Shown here piece by piece: positions 18,911-28,929 of a stretch of DNA of 64,000 nt. The DNA comes from a virus. Position numbers and translations under genes: made by a program. The notes beneath the pieces were generated by a model that saw only the letters and a list, made by a program, of their open reading frames with translations, did not search any database and was not told the origin of the DNA. How positions within the stretch are numbered: the stretch's first letter is position 1; every line of letters begins with the position of its first letter. The stretch is from positions 9,142 through 73,141 of IMG/VR virus record IMGVR_UViG_3300028802_000009; one strand, written 5' to 3'.

Positions 18911-19771
18911 TCAAGTGAGAGCGACAACTACGGTTGCTCCACCATTGGTCGTCACCTTCGCGGATGAGACGCTAGCGGCGACACCTGGAATGAGAGCCGC
19001 TGGAATGAGGATTGAGGTGCCACCGATTGTACCGCCGCCCGCTAGGATCTGAGCGCTCGTCAAAGTAATCGCGCCAGTATTAGTGATGGCCACAGTAAGC
19101 GGGGCCTGGAGGTTGGTGCCCGTCAGAGTGAGCGCGCCGGCACCAGGCTTGACGGCAGTCGTCAACGTAGGCGGTGCCGCCACGGTAAGAACGTTGCTGG
19201 ATTTCGCGTTCGCAATGACCTTCACAGATGAAGTACCAGCGGCGATGATCGGCGCCAGAGACGCGGGGATGGTTATAGTGGTTGCCGTAACACTACCGCC
19301 AACCGCGATCTGTGCCTGCGTCAGGGTCACCGCACCAGTGCCCGTGATCACTACCGTCGTGCTATCCGGAGCGACCGATAGGAGAGTGAGACCCGTCAGA
19401 GTAAGAATCCCACCAGCGGCAAGACTTGCACCTGTCAACGTCGGAGTCTGAACGTTCGCGGCAAGCACGGAGGTCACCGTGACTAATCCGGCTGCCTTCA
19501 ACCTACTGATCTTGCCTTTACCGGCAGACAACACGACTCGCGGAGTCTGATTCAGATCGATGTAGCCCGGAACAGTAGGATTGCCGGTGCTGGCTTGCGT
19601 CCGCGGTACGTAGCAAGGCTGCTTGGGCTTGTTTGCGTAGCCGTCGCGAGGGTACGCATCCGGGTTGCCGAGCGAACCAAGGCGGTGAACCTCTTTGTTG
19701 GGCAAGCCATCATCGATGTCATCGATCAGGATGGCACCAGCCACGGTTTGATTGTGCTGAATTCGGTACAT
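18911..19771 (-). CDS. Virion protein with two tandem TIG/Ig-like repeats
   Basis: PTLT...G.LTLTG..L...V.IT.TGA.TLT.AQI..GG...T.I.IPA.L.P occurs twice; SD AGGAG. Confidence 0.65.
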   Translation of the reverse strand: MYRIQHNQTVAGAILIDDIDDGLPNKEVHRLGSLGNPDAYPRDGYANKPKQPCYVPRTQASTGNPTVPGYIDLNQTPRVVLSAGKGKISRLKAAGLVTVTSVLAANVQTPTLTGASLAAGGILTLTGLTLLSVAPDSTTVVITGTGAVTLTQAQIAVGGSVTATTITIPASLAPIIAAGTSSVKVIANAKSSNVLTVAAPPTLTTAVKPGAGALTLTGTNLQAPLTVAITNTGAITLTSAQILAGGGTIGGTSILIPAALIPGVAASVSSAKVTTNGGATVVVALT

Positions 19772-19824
19772 TAGGGTGCTCTCTCCTAGGCGAGTACGAG
19801 AAAATGTCTCGTGAGAGATAGGAG

Positions 19825-19833
19825 ATAAAAGGA
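19825..19833 (-). promoter_or_regulatory. Putative late promoter element (TCCTTTTAT)
   Basis: Intergenic copy of the pyrimidine-RT motif. Confidence 0.4.
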
Positions 19834-19850
19834 AGTGCGGTCTTGGTCCG

Positions 19851-20735
19851 CTACTTATCTGTGCAAGTCAGGGGTGCCCCGCGACCAAGAGCACACGCAT
19901 CCTCGTATCCAAGCTCGATCAGCTCGCGCATGGCCTTCGGCTCGAACGTCAGGCCGTCCCCCGCAATCCTGCCCAAATCGATCTTGGGCTTAAGGACGCG
20001 CAGAGTGACCTTCCGGTAATCTGTATCGGCGTTTCTTAGCTCGCAGATCTTCAGGTCGTCACGCATGACCTCGTTGATCAATAGATTGACGGCCCGGAGC
20101 GCGAGGTCCGGAATCGCCGCCTTCCCTGCGCATTTGAAGGGGGATGGGAGCCGTGGATCAGTGCACAAGATCATGTCGATCTCGGTCGCCCCAGCCCGGA
20201 CGGCCTCCCCCAACGGGGTCACGGACCGGAGTGCCCCGTCCGCCCAAAGCCCCCCATCAACCTTGACCGGCAGAAACATCCCAGGGAACGCCGAAGACGC
20301 GAGCACCCAAGACAAGATGTCCGGCTCGGTCTCGTCCACTGTTCGGCTCTCACCCGACTCCCAAGAAACGGCCAGAACGCGAAGCTTCCGCCCCGAGTCA
20401 CGGATCTTCGCGGCATCCAACGTGCCACGAACCCATTTGTGCAGGGGCTCCGAGTTATAGACCGATGGTTTCCATAGAGCCGACCCCATGCCAAAAGGCC
20501 ACCAGGACTTGCGGACCTTGGCAGTAGTCACATCCAGCCAAAAGCGATTGAGGTGTACCCATGCTTCCATGGGAGCGCCCTTTGGCGACTGACACAGCAC
20601 CGCGGCGTTGAGGGCGCCAACGGAGACGCCAGAGATTAGGTCGTAGTCGACCCCGTCCTCCGCCATCCACTTCTTGAGAACGCCTGTCTCGTACGACCCC
20701 TTGGACCCGCCCCCGCTAAGAACCAAAGCTCTCAT
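19851..20735 (-). CDS. Patatin-like phospholipase
   Basis: LSGGGSKG oxyanion loop, GVSVG nucleophile elbow, ASSAFPG, DGA catalytic Asp. Confidence 0.92.
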   Translation of the reverse strand: MRALVLSGGGSKGSYETGVLKKWMAEDGVDYDLISGVSVGALNAAVLCQSPKGAPMEAWVHLNRFWLDVTTAKVRKSWWPFGMGSALWKPSVYNSEPLHKWVRGTLDAAKIRDSGRKLRVLAVSWESGESRTVDETEPDILSWVLASSAFPGMFLPVKVDGGLWADGALRSVTPLGEAVRAGATEIDMILCTDPRLPSPFKCAGKAAIPDLALRAVNLLINEVMRDDLKICELRNADTDYRKVTLRVLKPKIDLGRIAGDGLTFEPKAMRELIELGYEDACALGRGAPLTCTDK

Positions 20736-20772
20736 GCCATCATGGAACTATAAATGGCTTCCGTGGCCGCGC

Positions 20773-21864
20773 TCAGCCGGCGATCCACTTATTCGTGATA
20801 TCGCCCTGGAAGAACCTGACAAAGTCAAACGCGTAGTGCATGGGCGCCGAGGTCGTCCCCGGCATGGTGAAAGTGGAGTTTCCACTTTCCATTCGCACGC
20901 CGATCGCGGTGAACAAGGTCGGGTTCAGTGCATACGTGTTCATCTTACCGCCGTCCCAAAACGCGCCTGACAGCACCGGGGACTCCACGAAGATCGAATT
21001 ATGCCTAACGTTAGTCACGACACCACTAACACTTGCAAAGATGTAGTTCCCGACGATGTCGTACTTCGTACCTGTGCTGCCGGCCTCAGAGAGATTGCCG
21101 AAAGTGGATTCAGACCCTGCTATAACACGGCCTGTAAAGGCGGTGTTATTACCCGCGGCACCATTGTTATAGTTCGTAGCGTATAACCTGTTAGCTTCAT
21201 CCCAAACCGTGCCACCGGTAGTCGTATATGCGACCTCAGATGAGATTGAGCCGTCGACCACACCAGCATTTCCATATCCGTATCTGGCCCCGCGGCACCA
21301 TGTAATTGTGCCATTGGGCCATGTGGCGCTCATTGCTGGCGTTGCCTTCCACATCAGGTATTGTTTGTTGATCACGCCAGGAACCTGCAAGAACAACACG
21401 GACCCATAGATCGTAGATCGGTAGTGCCCAGCCGGGATCGGGTTTGATTGAAGGGCCGGGGTCGTGGTGAAGGCGTAGTATGGAATAACGTCGCCGTCGC
21501 GAATCATGGCGACACTCGGCGCTATTGAATCGACGAACTTCCAGCCGCGCACTACAAGGTCGGGCGACCCACTGTCAAACTCGTCATCGAAGGCGCTTGG
21601 CGATAGTGGAGGCGTGAGGAATGGATTGTTGCCGGAAGCTGATCCGGTACTACTACTGCTCCATACCGCAGTGCTCGGCCCTTGTGCCGTGAGCACCTGC
21701 CCTGCAATCGGCGCAGTGCTACTGATGGCAACGGGAGAGCCGCTGGTAGCGATCCGATTGGCAATCTGCGGATCTGCTAGCGTTCCGCTCAAGCCGGCGA
21801 TACTGATCTCATCAGTCCCACCATCTTCGTGAGTGACCGCGTGCTTTCCGAGATAATAAGGCAT
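20773..21864 (-). CDS. Fibre/adhesin with putative jelly-roll (lectin-like) C-domain
   Basis: HAVTHEDGGTDEI fibre motif; FDDEFD...FDFVRF brackets a beta-sandwich. Confidence 0.55.
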   Translation of the reverse strand: MPYYLGKHAVTHEDGGTDEISIAGLSGTLADPQIANRIATSGSPVAISSTAPIAGQVLTAQGPSTAVWSSSSTGSASGNNPFLTPPLSPSAFDDEFDSGSPDLVVRGWKFVDSIAPSVAMIRDGDVIPYYAFTTTPALQSNPIPAGHYRSTIYGSVLFLQVPGVINKQYLMWKATPAMSATWPNGTITWCRGARYGYGNAGVVDGSISSEVAYTTTGGTVWDEANRLYATNYNNGAAGNNTAFTGRVIAGSESTFGNLSEAGSTGTKYDIVGNYIFASVSGVVTNVRHNSIFVESPVLSGAFWDGGKMNTYALNPTLFTAIGVRMESGNSTFTMPGTTSAPMHYAFDFVRFFQGDITNKWIAG

Positions 21865-24764
21865 CAGGTCACCTCCGTACAGCGGGCGAAGCCGGTCGCC
21901 GAGCCCCAGAGCCCTGTGATGACCCCCGTGTAACTAAACGGGACCTCATAGTAAGAGCCCGATGCCATCTGGACCGTATAACTTGTCGCGGACGCGCCAG
22001 TTCCAAACTTTAGATAGAGAGTCGCGGTCGAATCATTCTGGACCATGGCCCCCTTCCGATTAGTGTTGCTCGCAATCAGCGTGACGCTTGAGGCCGAACC
22101 AGCAACGTTAGTGAGAGTGGCCGTGGGGTTTCCCGGAGCCGCCAGCAGAGCGCTATTCGGTGAGAGCGCAACAACGAGCGCCGGGTCAGCCGCGACTGGC
22201 GCGGTGCTCGCCGCTTTGACAGCAGCATTGCTCGTGCCGTCAGTGATCCTCGTGCGCTGAGTGCCACCGGTGAGAGTCGCGTCAAGGGCCAGCCCGTTGG
22301 TGGTCCCGATGTTGGCTGTTACCGCGCCATCCACGGTGATGGAGCCGCCGCCGTCGGCAATGGGGATCGACGACTGGTCACTCGCCAACACAACCGGGGT
22401 CGACGCCGCCATGGCCTTTTGGCCCAACGTGTTGATCCGAGCCGTGAAGGTTGCCTCAGCTAAGCGATTTCCAAGTGTTGCCTCCGTAGCTGCTCCGGTG
22501 GGCAGGGGCAACGAAGCAGCGCTTATCGCGACGGTATTGTTCGGCGAGACCGCAACAACAAGCGCGGGGTCTGCAGCCACGGCAGCTGTGCTCGCTGCCT
22601 TAACAGCGGCCGTGTTGGCGCCGTTGGTGATCTTGGTCTGCTGTAGCCCACTGGTCTGATTCGCGTTGATCGCGGCAAGATTTATGTCGTCTGTGGCGAC
22701 GGCGACTCGTAGGGTACCAGCGGTGGAGGCCCCTCTGTCAGTGGCAGTATTCGTTCCATTGATCTTGGACAGGTCCACCTTGGCGGTCGAAACAACGGTG
22801 CTAATCTCACTGCTGACATCACTGCCATGAACCTGACCGCCGATGGCCCACAGCGAATCGACCACCACTCCAGCGAGCGCGGCGTTCGCGCTAGTCATCT
22901 CAAGGCCCACCGCATAGTACGTGACTGACGCTAAATTCCAGCCAGCACCAACGCTCGCGTTGGAACTACCAAGCGCAGCACGAAAGGTCTGCCACACGCC
23001 TCCGACGCTAGTGGCCTCCGCAACGGACAGACTCCACGAGTTGTAGTTACTCGCGTCGGTGCCTAGACGAATCACCACGTTGCCCACGTTCACGAGACTA
23101 GGGATGAACATGAGCAGCTGGACAAACGTGATGCCCGTCGCGAGCTGACTGAGGTCTATAGCGGGAATCGTCTTCTGGATCAGCGCAAACGCGCTATTGG
23201 CGGCACTGTTGACGATGTCAAACGATACGGCACTCAGGCCTCGCACGTGGTTTGTCGACAGGGCGATGTTCGTTACGTCAGTATTGACCGCTGTGATACC
23301 GGTCGCAGACTCAAAGGCATCTATGACTACGAGGCCACCGGGCGAAACCCTGAGCCGACCCTTGTCGTCGATATTGAGGGTCGCGTAGTCGCCTGGAGTG
23401 TCGGCGCTAACTCCAACGGTGTCTGGCTGGTACACGCCAAGAACCGCCACGCCAGTGTCACCTGAAGCCGCCGCCGTGTCCTCTGCTTTACCAAGATTGG
23501 TGGCTCCGACACCCGAGACCAAGGACGTGATCGCCACGGAACCGTCAACGGTCAACGAGCCGCCATTGTCAGTAACCGGGATCGAGCTTTGATCACTTGA
23601 GATAGCGACCGGGAGGGACCCAGTCATTGTCTTCTGACCGATCGTGGGCGTAGTGCTCCCGAACCAAGATCCCAGGTTCGTATTGAGCCGACCGTTGACT
23701 AGCGCAGGCGGTAGTTGATCGGAGTCGACTGTGAGCGAACTACCGTTATCGGTGACTGGAAGCGGGCTTTGATCACTCGCAAGGACAACAGGGGTGGAGG
23801 CCGTTGAAGTCTTCGGGCCTAGGGTGTTGATCCTCGCGGTAAAGGTTGCATCCGCTAAACGCGTAGCGAGCGTCGCCTCAGTGGCCGCCCCCGCTGGCAG
23901 CGGTAACGAAGCAGCCGTGATCGGAATGGCTGTCTGGTCGCTAGAGACGACAACCGGCAGAGATGCTGCCATCGCCTTCTGGCCGACCGTAGGAGCCGTG
24001 GAACCTAGCCAAGCGCCGTTATTTACGTCCAAACGGCTGCCAACAAGCGAGGCGGGGAGCTGCGGCGTATCGACCGTGATGGAGCCACCGCCGTCAGCGA
24101 TAGAAACCGCCGTCTGATCGCTCGCCAACACCACCGGCGTGGAGGCGGCCATCGCCTTCTGGCCTTGCGTATTGATCCGCGCAGTGAAGGTAGCCTCAGC
24201 TAGCCGAGTCGCTAATGTGGCTTCCGTGGCAGCGCCAGCGGGCAGCGGAAGGGACACCGCCGATATCGGTTGCGTGGTGGTCCCCGTTGGGTCGACTCGT
24301 AACGGGTCGCTGGCCGTGCCCGCCTCGACCGAACCACCCGACGCAGCCTTACGTAGCCCTACCCCAAGAACGTATTGGGTAGCGCCGCCTGTGTCCGCAT
24401 CGAAAACCCTGGCCGCCTGAAGATTCGCGCCATCAGAGCCGCCGATCTGCGTAGACGACGCGGGGGCCGGCGAGCTGTTGGGGCCAATGGAAGGATTGGC
24501 AACAGACACCGACCCGGTGACCGGAAGTGCAACGCCGCCAGCCACACCTTGGATGCTGACTACCCCGCCAGCCGGGGCGCCCGCTGTTCCGGCACCAACC
24601 ACTATGGGACGGCCGTTAGCGTCAACCAGCAAGAGACGAGCAGCAGTGCCATCAGAACCAGCCGCTAAGAGGGCCTTGGTCCCTGCCGGGATTGCAACTC
24701 CACCCGCCACGGCCATCGCAACGCCGTTAGAATCGAATAGGATAACTGCGGGTGATTTAGCCAT
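21864..24764 (-). CDS. Long repetitive fibre protein
   Basis: SLPLPxGAATEATL..RLA.ATFTARINT three times; G(Q/P)KxxxxSxPVxxxSDQ five times. Confidence 0.7.
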   Translation of the reverse strand: MAKSPAVILFDSNGVAMAVAGGVAIPAGTKALLAAGSDGTAARLLLVDANGRPIVVGAGTAGAPAGGVVSIQGVAGGVALPVTGSVSVANPSIGPNSSPAPASSTQIGGSDGANLQAARVFDADTGGATQYVLGVGLRKAASGGSVEAGTASDPLRVDPTGTTTQPISAVSLPLPAGAATEATLATRLAEATFTARINTQGQKAMAASTPVVLASDQTAVSIADGGGSITVDTPQLPASLVGSRLDVNNGAWLGSTAPTVGQKAMAASLPVVVSSDQTAIPITAASLPLPAGAATEATLATRLADATFTARINTLGPKTSTASTPVVLASDQSPLPVTDNGSSLTVDSDQLPPALVNGRLNTNLGSWFGSTTPTIGQKTMTGSLPVAISSDQSSIPVTDNGGSLTVDGSVAITSLVSGVGATNLGKAEDTAAASGDTGVAVLGVYQPDTVGVSADTPGDYATLNIDDKGRLRVSPGGLVVIDAFESATGITAVNTDVTNIALSTNHVRGLSAVSFDIVNSAANSAFALIQKTIPAIDLSQLATGITFVQLLMFIPSLVNVGNVVIRLGTDASNYNSWSLSVAEATSVGGVWQTFRAALGSSNASVGAGWNLASVTYYAVGLEMTSANAALAGVVVDSLWAIGGQVHGSDVSSEISTVVSTAKVDLSKINGTNTATDRGASTAGTLRVAVATDDINLAAINANQTSGLQQTKITNGANTAAVKAASTAAVAADPALVVAVSPNNTVAISAASLPLPTGAATEATLGNRLAEATFTARINTLGQKAMAASTPVVLASDQSSIPIADGGGSITVDGAVTANIGTTNGLALDATLTGGTQRTRITDGTSNAAVKAASTAPVAADPALVVALSPNSALLAAPGNPTATLTNVAGSASSVTLIASNTNRKGAMVQNDSTATLYLKFGTGASATSYTVQMASGSYYEVPFSYTGVITGLWGSATGFARCTEVT

Positions 24765-24800
24765 CTAGGGTACCTCCTACCGCTTTAAACAAAAGCAGGC

Positions 24801-25928
24801 TCATATGATGGACCTCACCCGGCTAAGCTCGAAAACGCCAGAATAAGTCATCGTGTCTGTCACCGTCGCCAATACCGTAATTCCATCAGTGGCGTAGACC
24901 TTCCACTGATCAGTCGCGACGGTACTGTTCGAGTTATAGGTGACCGTCTCTTCGACGATCTTCGAAACTTTGGCCGCACTCGTCCACCAAATGACTGAGG
25001 TCGGGAATGGAGAGGCAGGCGGCAACGTCTCTTGGTAGGCGCCCGAAGAAAACCCCTCGTACGGCCCCCCTTCTTCCGCCAAGTGAACAAGCTGGCGCAA
25101 GGTTTTGTGTGTCTCGGTCGTGATCAACGTTGCGCCGCCCGGAAAGTAATCCGTGATCGTCCGGACCCGACTCAGCTCAAATACTCCAGAGTACGTGATC
25201 ACATCCGTGATCTGCGCCATCAGAGTCACGCCGTCTACGTCATAAACCTTCCAGTTGTCGGTCGCGACCGTGCTGTTAGAGTTGTACGTGATCGTCTCTT
25301 CTAAGATCTTCGCCGTCTTGCCAGAGCTGGTCCACCAAATCACGGAAGTGGGGAACGGCGTCGCGGAGGGCAATGTCTCTTGAAAAACGCCCGTCGGGAA
25401 TCCCTCGAATGGCCCACCCTCATCGGCGAGATGGATGAGCTGCCGCAATGCCCTGTGCTCGGCCAGGCTCATGCCGGTCCCGGTACCAGTCCCTGCCACG
25501 GCGTCCAGCTCTTCAATCGCCCCTTGAACGCTGCGAGAAGTGACATTGGTCAGCCCTGTCGGATCAAGGCCAATTAGCTCCGCACCAGCTCGATAGTGGA
25601 AAGCGATCGAGCCCCCGGTCGAGGTGCCGATGCCGCCCAAAACCGAGAACGATGTGTCACTCAGGACCGCGCCAATCGAGAATCTGCCGTCTCCCAGCCC
25701 GCCGCTGGTTCCTGTGATCACCACGAAGTCCCCGGCCTCAACCGGATGATCTCGACCAGACAATATCCCTTCGCCATCAGCGGGAAGATTAACAACCACC
25801 ACGTTCGTACCCGAAGTGGTCGAAACAACCGTGCTGGTCAGGTAAACGAACGTGCCATCGCTTCCAAGTTCCTGTTGATCAAGAAACTCGCTGTCGACTA
25901 CGTCCGTCTTGCTGATCTGATTGGCCAC
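24801..25928 (-). CDS. Virion protein with duplicated ~105-aa C-terminal domain
   Basis: H..LRQL.HLA.EGGP.EGF...PFPTSVIWWTS...VFELSRVR occurs twice. Confidence 0.7.
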   Translation of the reverse strand: MANQISKTDVVDSEFLDQQELGSDGTFVYLTSTVVSTTSGTNVVVVNLPADGEGILSGRDHPVEAGDFVVITGTSGGLGDGRFSIGAVLSDTSFSVLGGIGTSTGGSIAFHYRAGAELIGLDPTGLTNVTSRSVQGAIEELDAVAGTGTGTGMSLAEHRALRQLIHLADEGGPFEGFPTGVFQETLPSATPFPTSVIWWTSSGKTAKILEETITYNSNSTVATDNWKVYDVDGVTLMAQITDVITYSGVFELSRVRTITDYFPGGATLITTETHKTLRQLVHLAEEGGPYEGFSSGAYQETLPPASPFPTSVIWWTSAAKVSKIVEETVTYNSNSTVATDQWKVYATDGITVLATVTDTMTYSGVFELSRVRSII

Positions 25929-26305
25929 TACTTCTTCTTGGCTCTCGCTCGTTTGATCGGAATAGGACGCTCCGGTTCGCGTGCCGCGGCATCTTGCTCG
26001 ACCTTTCGCTCGGCCTCCTCCTGCGCGCGTTTCTGTCCAGCCTCAACGAAGCCGTTGACGATGCTAAACAGAATAGATGCCATCGTAGCGAAGGCACCGG
26101 CTTGAGCGTCCGCGGCAGCGGCTTGACGCCGAAGGGTCTCCGCCTGACTCAGAAGTGTCAAACGACGCCGATCAGCCTCCTGCCACGTCTGCAAGATTGT
26201 CTGTTCGTACATCCCTGCCGACTCCGGGCTCATGTACCCTAGGGCCTGAAGATCGTTGACCCGCTTCCGAAGCTTCAACAAGTCCATCTGCAAAGTGTTG
26301 TCCAT
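25928..26305 (-). CDS. Coiled-coil hypothetical protein (possible fibre chaperone)
   Basis: Helical and charged; its stop overlaps the next start. Confidence 0.55.
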   Translation of the reverse strand: MDNTLQMDLLKLRKRVNDLQALGYMSPESAGMYEQTILQTWQEADRRRLTLLSQAETLRRQAAAADAQAGAFATMASILFSIVNGFVEAGQKRAQEEAERKVEQDAAAREPERPIPIKRARAKKK

Positions 26306-26308
26306 ATC

Positions 26309-26539
26309 TCATCTCTTCTTTTGCCGTGCCATCGCATTGGCAACCATCAAACATGGCTCACAGTAAGTGCCGCTCACGCCGTGGTCGCTCGCGCTCGAAA
26401 CCTGAAAGAACTGCATCGGCAGCAGAGGCGTACCTGCCCCCTCTCTCGACCAACTCTCCGGTGCCATATGCCCAGACGAGCACCACCTACCCTGAGTAGC
26501 GGCAACCTGTTTGACCTGAAGATTAGCCTTCGGTTGCAT
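26309..26539 (-). CDS. Small hypothetical protein with Cys/His ligands
   Basis: CSSGH...CEPC; TGATG coupling to the upstream gene. Confidence 0.5.
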   Translation of the reverse strand: MQPKANLQVKQVAATQGRWCSSGHMAPESWSREGAGTPLLPMQFFQVSSASDHGVSGTYCEPCLMVANAMARQKKR

Positions 26540-28001
26540 CAGCCGTAGACGTAGTAGTTGATGTGATCGCCAGCCTTCTGCTTGGCGTAGAACGTTATCG
26601 AGGTCACGCTAGTCTCTGCGTAATCATCGCCATTGATGACAGTTCCGGGGTCTCGGAGGATGCCTCGCGTATAGACACTGAGCCCCTTGCCACTGTTGGT
26701 GCCGTCTTGCACATAGGTCGCGGCTCCCGGCAGCGTGTGCGCCGTGTTCGGAAGGAGATCGGCACCCAGACGTTCGATGTAACGCACGACGTTCGCGTTA
26801 GCTATCGAGTCAGACAGCGCCTGCAACGATTCGGTGATCGTCTCTCCGTCAGTCAAAAGCGGCCCGTTGTAGTCACGGTTGCCGATCTCCTCGTTCAACG
26901 TGTTGAGCGCCTGAACGACGGAAAGTAGTTAGTCGCATTGGTAAGGCTATCGAGGAACGTGTCCCCGTCGTCCATGCCAATGACTTGCTGGATGTCAGTC
27001 ACGTCCTGACGAAGAGTGCCAGACTCTTCTACGCCCAATGTCTGTAGCGTACGGAGAATATACTCGTTTGCTTCATCCAACTGCTGAAAGTAGCCATAGA
27101 CAAAATCGACCGCTGTCGGCAGCCCTGCTTCCCACGTGTAAGGGAGTGACTGGGTCGAGAGGTTGCCGCCGGCCGGGACAGAGTAGAACTTTACTGTTAC
27201 CGAGTCCGGAGACGTAGAACCCGCGGACTGCGTCAGACCATAAATCTTCCTGCCCGCGTTAGCACCACCCAAGACTCGGAACTCAGTGCCGTCCGCTGGA
27301 TTCGTGATGCGAACGTAACAGCCTACGTAGTCATTGATGTAGGGAGCCACGTCAAAACAAGGAACACCTGTCTTGTTGACAGAACCAGCGTGTTTTAGGT
27401 TGCCCGTGCTGGTGATAACGACCTGAGTGTTAGTAGCCGCGACAGCAGCCCCCACAAACTGCCGATTGAAGATGAAGCCTTTCGCATCCGTGGTCTTACC
27501 AGCAATATTCGAAAGGTTGGCTGGCACCAACGTGCCAATCGCCGACGGTCTCTCGTATGTCGGGATCGGATCGCTGTACAGAACACCCTTGATGGCCGCA
27601 CGATCCGTCCGCTCGAAGTCGAGGTCGTCATTCAAGCAATAGGCGCGCCGCTCAGTCCAAGTTAGGCCGGTGGCCGGAGAAGCACCGGCAGCGTTGGAAA
27701 TCACTACACTTGACGCGGAGATATACGCGACGATCAAGAACGTGCCGTTGTTACCCGGAGCAACAGCTCCGGAAACGGTCAAGAAATTGCCAACTGAGTT
27801 GGCAGTCATTCCCGCCAAACCAGCCACGGTCGACTGACCCGCGTTGAACGCGGTGATGGTGCCAGCCAACCCCGTCTGGCCAGTAATGGGACCGCCAAGC
27901 CCTGCAGGTTCGTCTAGCAGTAGCCTTGTAGCGTCCTGAGAGGACGAGCCCTGAATGTCTAGGATCTGGTCCAGTGCGTTGAAACGTGAAAATTGTGCCA
28001 C
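26539..28001 (-). pseudogene. Structural gene split by a frameshift near 26895-26930 (one protein in two frames)
   Basis: Frame 1 ends TNYFPSFRRSTR*. The -1 frame reads SVVQALNTLNEEIGNRDY through the same bases. No clear SD before the TTG at 26898. Confidence 0.6.
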
Positions 28002-28012
28002 AGTTTACTCTC

Positions 28013-28552
28013 CTAAGAAGGCGCCCTCTGGTAGCTGGCCAATAAACTGGACCTACCTACTGGAGCAAAAGTCAAAAGGTTTATCGTGTCGAAACCCGTC
28101 CCTACCCCGCCGCTTTCTCCAACCGTGTAGTCCCCTAGCGCGGGGTTAGGGACAGCGGTCTGAGTAAGGCGACGACCATTGTGCCAAAGCTCGATGGTTC
28201 TCCCCGTCCCACTCAAGTCATGTATGAAGTGTTCCGGAGTGGTCCTAAAGAGTCGATTCACGCCATCGATTGGACCCACCAAGGAAACCCCGACCCGAAC
28301 ACGGGCCGCTTCGCCAGGGGATGAAGACAGCTCCTTGAGGGACAAGATCCCGTCGCTGAACAGATCGTCGTACCAGTGCTCCGGCGCCGACTCGCCAAAG
28401 ATGATCTGGCGAAGCCGACTCAGGATGAAGACCTGTAGCTGCTCCTGTGTCTCGGAGGCGACCAACGCCCCCGAGATAGGCGCGGACCCTTGCTGGTCGT
28501 CTACATCATCAGTGCGCCGAATGCTGTTGTAGCGTTTGAGGGTGTTTCCCAT
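28013..28552 (-). CDS. Structural protein, paralog of 28552..28878
   Basis: LVGPIDGVN...NGRRL...DY.V.ESGG.GTGFDTI. Confidence 0.65.
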   Translation of the reverse strand: MGNTLKRYNSIRRTDDVDDQQGSAPISGALVASETQEQLQVFILSRLRQIIFGESAPEHWYDDLFSDGILSLKELSSSPGEAARVRVGVSLVGPIDGVNRLFRTTPEHFIHDLSGTGRTIELWHNGRRLTQTAVPNPALGDYTVGESGGVGTGFDTINLLTFAPVGRSSLLASYQRAPS

Positions 28553-28878
28553 CAGGCCGTCCGCAATATATAGTCGGCCAAGAGATGATCATCAGGCCGC
28601 GGCGGAGGCACCAGAAGCATGATGGTGTCAAACCCAGTGCCAGGGCCTCCAGACTCCATCACAAGATAGTCGTCCAGCAGCGCCAACCGGCTACCGTTGA
28701 AGAACACAGAGATGTCTAGGAACGGCAAGTTATGGGAGAACTTCTCAAGCCCTGGAGTGGCGAACATCACGTTCACCGCGTCCCGAGGTCCGACCAGATT
28801 CTGGCCGACCCGGTATCGGTCAACAGCTATGAATAGCTGCTGCGCAACCTGTAGCGATAGAGGGTTGAGAAGATACAC
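28552..28878 (-). CDS. Structural protein, paralog of 28013..28552
   Basis: LVGPRDAVN...NGSRL...DY.V.ESGGPGTGFDTI. Confidence 0.65.
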   Translation of the reverse strand: MYLLNPLSLQVAQQLFIAVDRYRVGQNLVGPRDAVNVMFATPGLEKFSHNLPFLDISVFFNGSRLALLDDYLVMESGGPGTGFDTIMLLVPPPRPDDHLLADYILRTA

Positions 28879-28929
28879 ACGATAAGTCCTATCTTGAGTG
28901 AGCTACAGTGACCATGAGAGAGGACGCGT

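Noticed and set aside
19851-20735. Patatin as a CBASS CapV effector
   Set aside because: No CD-NTase or cap genes nearby
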